From an uncultured Gemmatimonadaceae bacterium (GTDB lineage: Bacteria > Gemmatimonadota > Gemmatimonadetes > Gemmatimonadales > Gemmatimonadaceae), in assembly GCA_963790305.1 (NCBI GenBank), contig CAWBOC010000012.1, forward strand, positions 1 to 38,460: DNA of 38,460 bases, read 5' to 3'. Both the position numbers and the translations under genes were made by a program. The notes below the pieces were generated by a model that ran no database searches, was not told the DNA's origin, and saw only the letters and a program-made list of their open reading frames with translations. Shown here piece by piece: positions 28,192-38,460 of this stretch; the stretch's first letter is position 1; every line of letters begins with the position of its first letter.

Positions 28192-29276
28192 GTGCGCGTG
28201 CGTGCGAGCAGGAAGGCCCCGGTGAGACCGAAGACGGCATTGGGCATCCACGCCGCCACGTTGGGGGGGAGCAGGCCGCCGCCGCCAATCGCCTTCGTCA
28301 GCTGAATCAACATGAGAAAGATCACTGTCACTCCGAGCGACACGCCAATGCCGTACGCGGCGCCGCCGCGCTGCGTCGTGGTAGCGAGAGGAGCGCCGAA
28401 GATCGCGATGATCAGGCAGGTCACGGGAATCGCGATGCGCAACGCTTTCTCCACCTTGAAGCGGTTTACCTCGCTCGATCCGGACCGCTCGAGTGCGGTG
28501 ATGAAGCGGGTCAGCTCCTGGTACCGCATTTCCTGCGACGTCTTCGGCGCGGCCATGAGCTCGCGGGGAGCCTCGACGAAGTGATGGTCGGCGAGGCTGT
28601 CGAACTGAATCGCCATGCTCGTGCTGTCGGTCGGGACAATATGCATTTGGCCGTCGCGGAGCAGCCAGTGGCGTGAGGTGTCGCTCCAAAGCGCGCCGCG
28701 CGCGGTGACGATCGTGGTTGGATACTCAGGTCCGTTGCCCTTTCGCTCCATCTCGAGGAAATCGATCGCGCCGTTGGCGACGTTGAGCGCCTGGATCTTG
28801 TAGACCCGGCCTTCCTCACCCGCATAGGTGAAGTTGAAGCGGTCGTTGGTCCCGCTGAACTTCTTCTCCTCGAGGATCTTGTTGCGCTTCTCGTTGGCCA
28901 CGGGGACGATTTCGCCAAGAACCCCGGCCAGCACCGCGACCACCGCGGCCCCGAGAAAGATCGGCAGCGTCAGGCGGTGGAAGCTGATGCCGGACGCCTT
29001 TGCGGCCGTGATCTCGGAATGGCGTGTGAGCGCTCCGATCGAGAACACCGTCGCGAACAGCACCGCCGCGGGAAGCGCCAGAAACATTGATTCGGGAATC
29101 CAGTACAGATAGCTCAGCAGAATCTGTCCGCGCGCCAGATTCCGATTGAGATAGGTGTCGAGCTTCTCCGTGAGGTCGATGATGATGACCAGGAGCGGAA
29201 AGCCCACCGCGGTGGCGGCGAAGATCTTCCAGAACTCTCGCAGGACGTACCGGTCGAGCGGGACGAAGAGCCTCAC
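28188..29276 (-). CDS. lptG: LptF/LptG family permease
   Basis: LDRYVLREF, LTRHSEITAAKASGISFHR, AAWMPN; second of a tandem pair. Confidence 0.85.
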   Translation of the reverse strand: MRLFVPLDRYVLREFWKIFAATAVGFPLLVIIIDLTEKLDTYLNRNLARGQILLSYLYWIPESMFLALPAAVLFATVFSIGALTRHSEITAAKASGISFHRLTLPIFLGAAVVAVLAGVLGEIVPVANEKRNKILEEKKFSGTNDRFNFTYAGEEGRVYKIQALNVANGAIDFLEMERKGNGPEYPTTIVTARGALWSDTSRHWLLRDGQMHIVPTDSTSMAIQFDSLADHHFVEAPRELMAAPKTSQEMRYQELTRFITALERSGSSEVNRFKVEKALRIAIPVTCLIIAIFGAPLATTTQRGGAAYGIGVSLGVTVIFLMLIQLTKAIGGGGLLPPNVAAWMPNAVFGLTGAFLLARTRT

Positions 29277-30973
29277 CTGGTGCGCCTCCGCTCGAGCGGG
29301 ATACCCACGCGTCGAGCCTGACGCGCGAACCATGCGCGCAGTGAGTCCAACGCCTCCGCCATGTCGCCGCCGCGGGCCGTTGCTCCTTCCTTGCCCATGC
29401 GGGACAGCAGCAGTGCGGCAATCCCCAGGAAGAGGATGTTGGTGAGCCACATCGCGAGGAACGGCCCCATGATCAGCCGGTCCGCCAGCGCCTCACCCCC
29501 CACCAGACCAATGTAGTAGAGGGCGAAGATCCCCACACTGGCGCCGATCACCAGTCCGACACCGCCGCGGGGGAACCTCAGCGCGATCGGGGCGCCGATC
29601 ATGACGAACACGATGCACGCGAAGGCGAGGGCGAACTTCTTCTGGATCTCCACGTCGTAGCGATTCATCACCTGGTGCGAATCGCGCATGCGCGCCGAGA
29701 TGAGCTCGAGCTGGCCGACGAAGGGATCGAGCGACTCTCCCGGGCCGAGGTGCAGCGTGGCCGCGCTGTAGCTGCCTGACGACGGGGGGAGCCCGGCCGA
29801 CGGAGCAATGCCTAACGACCGCTGACGGCTGCGTCGGCGGTCCGTCACTCCGGCCGTCTCCACGACGACCGAGTCTGGCCGGCGGCGTGTCGCCTGCTGA
29901 GCGGGTCGTCGCGCTCCGGGCGTGCGAACGACGGAGTCGAGCTGCGGCAGCTGTTGCGCGGCCGCCATCGCGCTATCGGGCTTCACGAGTCGCGTGACGG
30001 CTGCCACCGCATCACAATAGAGCCGGCCCAGCCCGAAGGGCTCATGGCTTTCCAGCCCTTCTGGAACCTCGGTCGGTCCGGGAGGCTCCCCCGTGGCGAC
30101 GCGGCGCGCCGACGCGGCCAACGCCTCCTCGAGATGAAAGCGGGCGTTCTCATACTCGTGGGCCGCCTGCGAGACCTGCTCCTGCATCTCGCACACCGAC
30201 ATCTCCCGGTCGCTCTTGTAGGCGTCCTCTTCGGTTCGCTGGAGCGTGTCGGCGACCCCCCTCACGCGGATGAGGTCGATGTTGAAGAAAAGGCGCTGCA
30301 GCTTCCCCGGCTCCTCCTTGGGGATCTCCTGGGAGTACCCATCGTAGAGCGTCAGCTCCAGGTCGCTCATGTTCTTGCTCATTCCCATGCGACCGCTGTC
30401 GGCGTGAATCGTGCGCCTGCGAAGCGGGTCGCTGAGGTCGATGATCATGACATCGCGCATCAGATCGTCGGCCCCATCGATCTTCATCGTGCGCAGAAAC
30501 AGCTTTCCGGGAGAGACTTCGTTGATGACCTGCTCGCGCAGCGCGAACGTCGGCTTCTTGCGCGCGATGTCCGTCTGCAGCTTTCGCAGCCGGTGATTCG
30601 TTCGAGGGAGCACCTGGTCGTTGAAGGCGACCATGAGCAGCGCGAAGAAGGCGCCGGCGAAGATCACCGGGAGGAGAACGCGCGTCATCCCCACGCCGCT
30701 GGCCCGCAACGCGGTGATCTCGTTTTCGGCGGCGAGGCGGCTAAACGCGTACAGCGTCGCGATGAGCACCGCCATCGGGGTGGTCATCGCAATGATGAAC
30801 GGGATGGACAGCGCGAAGAACTCGCCAATGACGGCGCCGCCGAGACCCTTGCCCACGAGGTCGCCGAAATGGCGCGCGACCTGATTGAGGAGGAAGAGCG
30901 ACGTCAGCGTGGCGAGCGCGAAAAAGAACGGTCCCGCGTGCTCGCGCAGGACGTAGTGACGGAGGATCTTCAC
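29273..30973 (-). CDS. lptF: LptF/LptG family permease with long periplasmic insertion
   Basis: MKILRHYVLRE, RLAAENEITALRASGV, EIQKKFALAFAC..IGAPIA, AMWLTN. Confidence 0.85.
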   Translation of the reverse strand: MKILRHYVLREHAGPFFFALATLTSLFLLNQVARHFGDLVGKGLGGAVIGEFFALSIPFIIAMTTPMAVLIATLYAFSRLAAENEITALRASGVGMTRVLLPVIFAGAFFALLMVAFNDQVLPRTNHRLRKLQTDIARKKPTFALREQVINEVSPGKLFLRTMKIDGADDLMRDVMIIDLSDPLRRRTIHADSGRMGMSKNMSDLELTLYDGYSQEIPKEEPGKLQRLFFNIDLIRVRGVADTLQRTEEDAYKSDREMSVCEMQEQVSQAAHEYENARFHLEEALAASARRVATGEPPGPTEVPEGLESHEPFGLGRLYCDAVAAVTRLVKPDSAMAAAQQLPQLDSVVRTPGARRPAQQATRRRPDSVVVETAGVTDRRRSRQRSLGIAPSAGLPPSSGSYSAATLHLGPGESLDPFVGQLELISARMRDSHQVMNRYDVEIQKKFALAFACIVFVMIGAPIALRFPRGGVGLVIGASVGIFALYYIGLVGGEALADRLIMGPFLAMWLTNILFLGIAALLLSRMGKEGATARGGDMAEALDSLRAWFARQARRVGIPLERRRTR

Positions 30974-31030
30974 GCCGGGTATCTCAAGCGAGACTGTGTG
31001 TCACGCGTACAAAGCTCCTGCAAGCTAAAG

Positions 31031-31090
31031 GAGGAACAAGGAATGAGGAGTGAGGGAATCAATTTCCCCACTGCTCATTCCTCTTTCCTC
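31031..31090. repeat. Short hairpin of GAGGAAT-like heptamers in the lptF/sprA divergent region
   Basis: gaggaacaaggaatgaggagtgagggaa ... ttccccactgctcattcctctttcctc. Confidence 0.7.
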
Positions 31091-31109
31091 ATCCCGTTGG
31101 GATATTATC

Positions 31110-34100
31110 GTGGTGGGACACGTCAATTTACGTTCCCGGCGCCCCGCGGGCGAACGGGAGCGCGCGTGGCTCCCCGCTGCCGGTGATCGGGTGCGCCTTC
31201 TCCGTCTCTTATTCCCCGCGGCCCTCTCGATCGTTCCCGCACTCGGCGCACAAGAGCCGGCGCAGCCGCCGGCGGCCGACACCGCGGCACGTCCGGGAAT
31301 GGGGGTCCGGCTTCGGTTTCCCAACGATTCGCTCGTTCTCGAGCGCCCGGCGGCGCTGGGGCCGTTCGGGCGGCTCGCGCCGGCGCGCGACAGCGGCGCG
31401 ACGATAGCTGATCGTCAGGCGTCGGCGCTGGTACAGATGACCGAGGTGGCCCGCGCCGCTCGCTGGGGGGAGGCGGTAGTCTCCCTATTCGCCGACTCGG
31501 CCGGCAGAAGGCCCGCAGAGCTCCCGGATTCCGCATTCCGCCCTGCCCAAGGGGCACCCACGAATTCGGCCGGCGACACCACGCGCCGAGCCGGAATCTT
31601 CGGCGAATATGCCGACCTCGGCCTTCATCTCACCTCGCGCATCGAGACCAAGATCGAGCGCGATCGCAACGAGCGCTGCCGCTCGAGTGATCTGCTCACG
31701 CCGTTCGCCAACTGCGTCGGTACGCTCCAGCCGCAGATGGACTTTCAGTTCAACGTCCAGACCGGCGGCGTCGTCGCCGATCGCATCCACGTCAACGTCG
31801 ACTACGACTCGGAGCGCGAGTTCGACGCCTCGAACAACATCTCGGTCTACTACCAGGGCAAGCCTGACGAGCTGCTCCACCGGCTCGAAGTCGGGAACGT
31901 CTCGTTCGCTGCGCCGCCGTCGCGCTTCATCACCGCCGGCATTCCCAGCGGCAACTACGGTCTCCAGGCCGTCGGCCAGATCGGGCCAATGCAGTTCCGC
32001 TCCATCATGGCGCAGCAGAAGGGAAACATCGTCCGCGACAAGGTCTTCACGATGGGCGATCGCTCGGTGCAGACGATCGAGCGCGACATCGAGGACTTCC
32101 TGGTCGAGCGTGGTCGCTTCTTCTGGGTGCTCGATCCCCGGCGAGCGTTCGCCGGCCGCTTTCCCAACGTCGACATCCTGGGCCGCGATCTCGATGCGCT
32201 CGCGGCGGCGATTCCGCTCGGGGAACGGCCGCGCCGCGTGCTGGTGTACCGCTACCGGCCCCCCACGGCAGGCGGCTCGGTCTCCCGCGACATCAACGGG
32301 CCCTATGCCGTCACTCGTTATGCGAGGAATGCCAACGAGATCGGACCGTTCGACGTGCTCCAGGAAGGCATCGACTACTACATCGACCCGACGAATCTCT
32401 GGATCGCGTTGGTGAATCCGGTGCAGCGTGGAGAACGGCTGGCCGTGTCCTACACCGTCGGCGGCCCAACCGGCGATGAGATCATTCTGGGAAGTGTCGG
32501 AGGCACCTTCCCGACGTCGCGAGGGCCCGCCGGCCGCGACACGATCAATCTGCTCTGGGATGCCGAAGTGCTGCCGGGCGATATCGTCTTCGACCAGGAG
32601 ATTCGCTCGGTGTACCGGCTGGGCGGGGAGGACCTGCGTCGCGAGACGGTCCAGCTCAAGATCGTCGTGGGTGCCGGAGGCGATCAGGAACGCCCCGTGG
32701 GAACGCCGTTCGAGACGTTCCTGCAGATGTTCGGCATGTCGCAGCCGGTCAACCCCTCGGCCTTCGACATCGAGAACAGGCTCTGGCCGAGACCGAGCGA
32801 TCCGAATCTGGCGCGCAACGCGGCGCAGGGTGGGGCGAAGCTCATTCGCGACTACTTCGTCGTTTTCCCGTCGCTGCGTCCTTTCGCCGATTCGGGCCTC
32901 GCCGATCCGCCCAATCCGCTGAACGATTCGCTGTACCGCACCCCGTTCGAGGATCTCTTCACGCAGCGACGGCCGCCCACGCAATACCGCTTGCGCGCTC
33001 GTTATGCGGCGGAAGGGGGCGGCGATGCCGGCACGCTGGCGCTGGGAGGCGTGCAGATCCGGCAGGGCTCGGAGCGGCTCACGCTCGACGGCGTGCCGCT
33101 CGTACGAGACGTGGACTATCGCGTGGACTACGAGCTTGGGCGCGTGTCCTTCAATCGGTCTGACACGCTATTCGCGCGTCCCCGTCGCGTCACCGTGCAG
33201 TACGAGGAGAATCCGATCTTCGCCGCGCAACCGACGTCGATCTTCGGTCTCGCGGCGGAGTTTCCGACCGAGGCGGGACGGCTGTCTTTCACCGCGCTCT
33301 CGCAACGGCAGAAGACGACGTTCAATCGGCCCCCGCTCGGCTTCGAGCCCGCGTCGGCGCTCATCGCCGGTGTCACTGGGCAGTTCAGCTTCACCAGCGA
33401 TGCGCTCACACGGGTGCTCGACCGGTTGCCCTTCGTCGACGCGACGCAGCAGTCGCGCATCGACGTGCAGGGCGAGTTCGCCACGACGCGGCCGCAGCCG
33501 AACGCGGCCGGCGTCGCCTACGTCGAGACGTTCGAGGGCGAGGGGGGCATCACGATCAACCTCACCGAGGGAGCATGGCGCCTGGGCAGCCGGCCTTACG
33601 CTCCTGGCGGCCTTCCCGTCGGGAGCCGGCCATACGGATTCGAGCTGGACTCCGCCGCCGCGATCGCCTGGCAGAATCTCGTGCGCGTGGGCGACGCCGC
33701 GTTGCAGTTCTTCCCCGAGCAAGTGGACAGCGCGTTCAGGTTCGTCGGTGGGCAGGCATTCCGCGCCCCCGAGCTCATCTTGTGGAACACACTCTATCCC
33801 ACCGGCATCGAAGGCTTCCTGTCCCCTCGGGGCTCCACGCCGCCCGAGTATCTCTGGCAAACGCCGCCCAGAATCGGACGTCGGTGGCGCTCTCTCATGC
33901 AGCCGCTGTCGCAGTCCGGCATCGATCTCACGCGCGTGGAACAGATCGAGTTCTGGACGATGATCGAGACCGACCCCGTACGTCGCGATCGCAACCCCAC
34001 AATCGTGCTCGACCTCGGCGACATCTCCGAGAACGCCGTCGCCTTTCGTCCCGAGACGCTCTTCGTCAATGGGAACGACTCCACGTTTACCGGCCGAGCA

Positions 34101-37100
34101 CTCACCGGGTACGACGTCATGAACTCGGAGCGCGACGAGATCACTCGCTCGTTCGACGCCGCCAGTGACGATGTCGGACTGCCCAGCGATCGGGCCGATA
34201 CGCTCATCCGAGTCACCGACGGCGTGCCTGAGCGCCTGATACCAGAGGAGCTCTGCCGCGGGGGCTCGGTGATCGCCGAGCTGGGGGACACGCGACACAA
34301 CTGCTCGGTGGCCAACCGTCGTCTCGACGAAGAAGATCTCGATCTCGACGGCGTGCTCAACATGAGCGGACCGGAGAATTCCACCGAGCGCCTCCTGCGC
34401 TACGTTATCGACCTCGCCGATCCGCAGAGCATCACGAAGATGGGACTCTGTCATCGCCATCCGAGTGACCGCGCCGGTACCGGCCCTCGTACCTTCTGCT
34501 GGGCATTGGTGCGAGTGTCGCTGGCATCAGCGGAGCTGATCAACGATCCCACCATTAGGCGCATCCGGTCGGTCCGTCTCACGCTCGTATCGGGCGATGC
34601 CGCGGACACCGCGTTCACCTACACGCCGCTGTCGCGTTTCCGGTTGTTAGGCGCACCGTGGGTCAAGCGGGGAACCACGCCGATCGCCGGCATCGCCGGA
34701 GTCCGCGAAACCGGGAGCGGGTTCGTGCAGGCGACGGTGATCGGGACACTCGATGCCGGGACCACGGGCATTCAATACCAGCCGCCACCGGGCGTTGCCG
34801 AAGAGCCCCCCGATCGCACCGACGATGTCTCCGCCGAGCGAACGCAGGTCAACGAGAAGTCGCTGAGGTTGCTGGCGACGAGCCTCGACCTGAACGAGCG
34901 CGCCGAGGCGTATTACCGGTTCCCGGAAGGCGACAAGAGCTTCATGGGGTATCGCTCGCTGCGAGTGTGGGCGCGTGGGCGCGGGAAGGGGTGGGGCACC
35001 GGGGGCGACCTGCAGTTCTACATCCGGAATGGGACGCGATCCGGACAACTTTTATCTGTACCGCTCGCCGGCGAATGTCGGCAGCGACTCTACCGCGTGG
35101 CTGCCGGAGCACGCCATCGAGTTCGATCGCTTCTATCGCCTGCGCGCGCAGGTGCAGAACGCGTTTCTGCGCGGCGGCGATTCGCTGGCGTGCTCAGGCG
35201 TCGATCTGGCGCTTATCGCCGCGAGCGAGCCGCCGACCGCACCGGGTAGCCGCCGCTTCGCGGCCTGCCAGGATGGATACATCGTCTACACGGCCAGCCC
35301 GGCGATCACGCCGCCGAATCTCGCCGCCGTGCAAGAGCTCTCGGTTGGAATCGTGCGCGTGAGCGACGTTGGGGCCGGGGCAGGGGGCCCGATCACGCCG
35401 CTCGACACGCTGGAGCTCTGGGTCGATGACGTCCGCCTCGGTGGTGTCGTCGATGACGCCGGGTATGCGGGACAGTTCGGGCTCACCATCGCGGCCTCCG
35501 ACCTCGGGTCCGTGACGATGAACGTCAGTCGCCGCGATCACAACTTCCGGCAGCTGGGTGAGCAACCGTCGTACGTGACCGACGATCAGGTGAATCTGTC
35601 CTCGTCGCTGCGGCTCGATCGGCTGTTGCCGCGGGCGCTCGGGCTCGCCATTCCCATCACGATCAGTCACGCCTCGTCAGGCACTGACCCGTTCTTTCTC
35701 GCCCGATCGGACGTGTCGGGGCAGGAGCTCGCGGGGCTTCGCAAGCCGAAGACGTCGGCGACCTCGTACACCCTCGCCATGCGGCGCGCCACTCGTGTGG
35801 GCCGCGGCCTCACGGGCCTCGTACTCGACAACCTGTCGCTCACCTCGGCCTACACCAGCGGCAATCAGCGGAGTGAATATCAGATCGGTGATGCGTCCTC
35901 GTTCACCGGCGCGGTCGACTGGGACTTTGCCCGTCGCGACCGGGAAGGTGCGCGCATGCCGGAGTGGATTCGTGGAGCGATCAACGCGCTCCCGGGCTGG
36001 CTGCGCGAGAGCGCCGCGCTGCGGGGAGTGCGGGACGCGGAGCTGCGCTTCGCGCCGTCGACGATCCGCCTGACGAGCGGGTGGGCGCGCGCGGAAGACC
36101 GCAGGTCGTCGTTCTCGCTGCCCGTCTTCCTGGACACCGACACGGGGCGGACCGTGGCGTCGCTGCGCCACGACTGGCGCAATCGCGGGCTCCTCGAGCT
36201 GCGACCCGTCCAGGCGCTCATGGCACGCCTCGACGTCAACTCGGTGCGCGACCTCAGAAACTACGGAGAGGACAGCGATATCGGCATCGTCGCCGGCTTC
36301 GAGCGTGGCGAGCTGTTTGGTCTCGACGTCGGCCTCGAGCGAGAGCGACAGATGCAGAGCGCGCTCGCCTTCTCGCCGGCGCTGACTACGTGGCTGCGGC
36401 CGACGCTCGAGATCGGGAGCACGTTCACGATGTTCCGCGATCCCAACACGAGCACCCTCGTACGCGCCGCGGGAGACAGTGGCGAGCTGCGGCTGCCGCG
36501 CCGGCTCTCCAACTCGCAGATCATCTCTGCCGGTGCGTCGGTCGACCTCGGCGGTGCCATCGGCCGTTATGCGGGCGACTCGGGTGTCGCGCGCCGCATT
36601 GCGAACGCCATCCAGCCCGTTCGCCTGACATGGACGCGCGAGATGCGCTCGCTCTTCGATGCAACACCTTTCACACCTCAATTCTCCTACCAGCTAGGAC
36701 TTGGCGGCATCGACGACTTTCGTTCACTCGACGGGGTGCTCGCGACTACCGCCGGCGTCGCGCGCGGCCTCACCCTCGACCACACCGTGTCACTGCCGTT
36801 CGGGGCCAGCGTGACGCAGCACTACCAGCGCACCGTGAACACCACCTGGACGCGTCGCGCTCAGGACGCTCAATCGATGCTCGAGGCGCGCTCGGTGACC
36901 TTTCCCGACGTCGCGCTGCGATGGAGCTTCCGGCCGGCTCTGCTCTCGGGCCTCGTATCATCGGTGAGCGCGGAGGCGCGTGCGGCGATCACGCGCGCGA
37001 GCAGCTTTCAGCCAGCGCTGCCGAGCGGGGGTATCACTCTGTCGGGGGTCCGTACGGAGTTGGAGACGCGACAATACCCGTTGCGTGGCACGCTGGTGTG

Positions 37101-37515
37101 GGATCTCTTTGGCGGGTTTACGACCTCGGCCGGGTGGCTGCGAACGACGCGTCGCGAGCTCCGCAGCGGCGGCACGAGCGAAGGGGAGCAAAACGACGTG
37201 ACGGGCGACATCAGCAAGCTCTTCCGCCTCCCCGAAGCGTGGGGTTTGCCGTCGAACGTCCTGCGCGCCTACGTCGGGCTCCAGCGCATCAGTACCGAGA
37301 CGATCTTCCTTGCCGACACCGCCGCCAAGCGCATTGCCGACAACGGCCGCTGGGCGCTCAACGCGCGCGCCGAGACCGACGTGGCGGAAAACGCGTCGTT
37401 CTCCCTGTCGGCGTCGCGCACGGTGACGTACGATGAAGTGAACGACCGGCGGTTCACGCAGTTTGTGCTCTCGGCGGTCCTACAGCTCGAATTCTTCGCG
37501 GGGGAACTGAAGTGA
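31110..37515 (+). CDS. sprA: SprA/Sov-like large outer-membrane beta-barrel protein (~2100 aa); extra base near 35028; start uncertain
   Basis: FNVQTGGVVADRIHVNVDYDSEREFD..NNISVYYQGKPDE..RLEVGNVSF, GSERLTLDG..DYRVDYELG, EEDLDLDG and ELWVDDVRL resemble SprA motifs; YIR|MGRDPDNFY joins the two ORFs. Confidence 0.8.
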
Positions 37516-37616
37516 GAATGCGGAATGCGGAACTCGGAGTGCGGACAACAGCCGCGCGAATCGGTACATCGCGGAGGCCGTTCCTTCGTATTCCGCATTC
37601 TGGATTCCGCATTCTC
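37514..37616. repeat. GAATGCG-heptamer hairpin overlapping the sprA stop and the next gene's 5' end
   Basis: gagaatgcggaatgcggaactcggagtgcgga ... ttcgtattccgcattctggattccgcattctc. Confidence 0.85.
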
Positions 37617-38460
37617 CTCTCGCCCTCCCGTTCTCAGGCTGCGATACCCCCGAATCCTTCGCCGCCAAGACCGCGTTCAACGGTGCGCGGGCCATGGAGT
37701 ACGTTCGCACGCAGCTCGACTTCGGACCCCGAGTGCCGGGGACTGAGGGCCACCGCCGGACCGGGGATTGGATCGTGGCGCAGATGCGAACGCGCGCCGA
37801 TACCGTCATTGAGCAGCGCTTCTCTCACGTGAACGCCAACGGCGATACGCTGCCGATGCGGAATATTCTCGCGCGCATCAAGCCGGCCGAGACGCAGCGA
37901 GTGCTCTACGTCGCACATTGGGACACGCGTCCCATTTCGGACCGGGCGTCGAATCCCGCTGATCGTGTGCAGCCGGTGCCGGGCGCGAACGACGGCGCAT
38001 CGGGCGTGGCCCTGCTCATGGCGGTCGCGGACATTCTGAAGAGCACGCCTCCCAATTGGGGCGTCGACCTGCTGTTCGTCGATGGAGAGGACTACGGCGA
38101 CTTCACCGCGGGCCGTGACGTGTTGATCGGCTCCAAATACTTCGCCCAGCACCTGCCCGCGCCCGATTATCGCCCGCTGTTCGGCGTGGTGTGGGACATG
38201 ATCGGTGACGCCAACCTCGGTATTTATCAGGAAGGGCACTCGGTACGCCGCGCGCCGGAGATCGTGTCACGGGTCTGGCAGACCGCGGCGGACCTCGGCT
38301 ACTCCAGCTATTTCGTGTCTCGCCTCGGCGAATCGATCACCGACGATCACCTTCCGCTCCTCAATGCCGGGTTGCGAGTCATTAATGTGATCGACATCGA
38401 GTTTGCCGCGCATTACACGCCGTTCGACACCATTGACAAGGTAAGCGAGCGGAGCCTCCA
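37518..38460 (+). CDS. M28-family zinc enzyme, glutaminyl-cyclase-like lipoprotein (partial; probable indel near 37617)
   Basis: Own translation: FSGC lipobox-like, FGPRVPGT, AHWDTRP, GANDGASGV, DGEDYG, WDMIGD, TDDHLP. Absent from the ORF track because it runs off the window. Confidence 0.85.

Noticed and set aside
1..37620. Pseudogene calls for the xdh-like gene, fabF, ctaB, lipoprotein, TBDR, mlaD, sprA and M28
   Set aside because: Each has only isolated 1-nt indels with intact motifs on both sides and no in-frame stops or decay; the pattern fits long-read error.

Overview
High-GC, gene-dense diderm bacterial DNA, most plausibly Gemmatimonadota (inferred from gene content: SprA-like protein, Oar-type TonB receptor, long LptF). 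Several clearly conserved genes carry single-base indels, which look like long-read assembly errors rather than pseudogenes. Left to right: (1) a minus-strand operon with mostly overlapping or abutting genes: orphan ZAS anti-sigma, DUF92, lipoprotein, B12/radical SAM, FAD oxidoreductase, flavin reductase, methyltransferase, SRPBCC cyclase, FabF, followed by a xanthine-dehydrogenase-type Mo subunit. An IS3 element, inserted in the loop of a long palindromic repeat, interrupts it. (2) V4R protein, TauE/SafE exporter, M24 peptidase, cupredoxin-like lipoprotein, ABC exporter, and ctaA-ctaB preceded by a COX2-TM-like microprotein. (3) APC permease and a candidate extracellular nucleic-acid utilisation locus: two SdrD-B/OB-fold lipoproteins (one with a lamin-tail domain), a TonB-dependent receptor and a convergent endonuclease-I lipoprotein. 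(4) lptF-lptG-mlaE-mlaD divergent from a ~2100-aa SprA-like gene and a glutaminyl-cyclase-like M28 lipoprotein. Seven hairpin elements built from 7- or 9-nt tandem units are scattered through the window; several overlap stop codons or are translated into neighbouring proteins. No rRNA, tRNA or CRISPR array seen.
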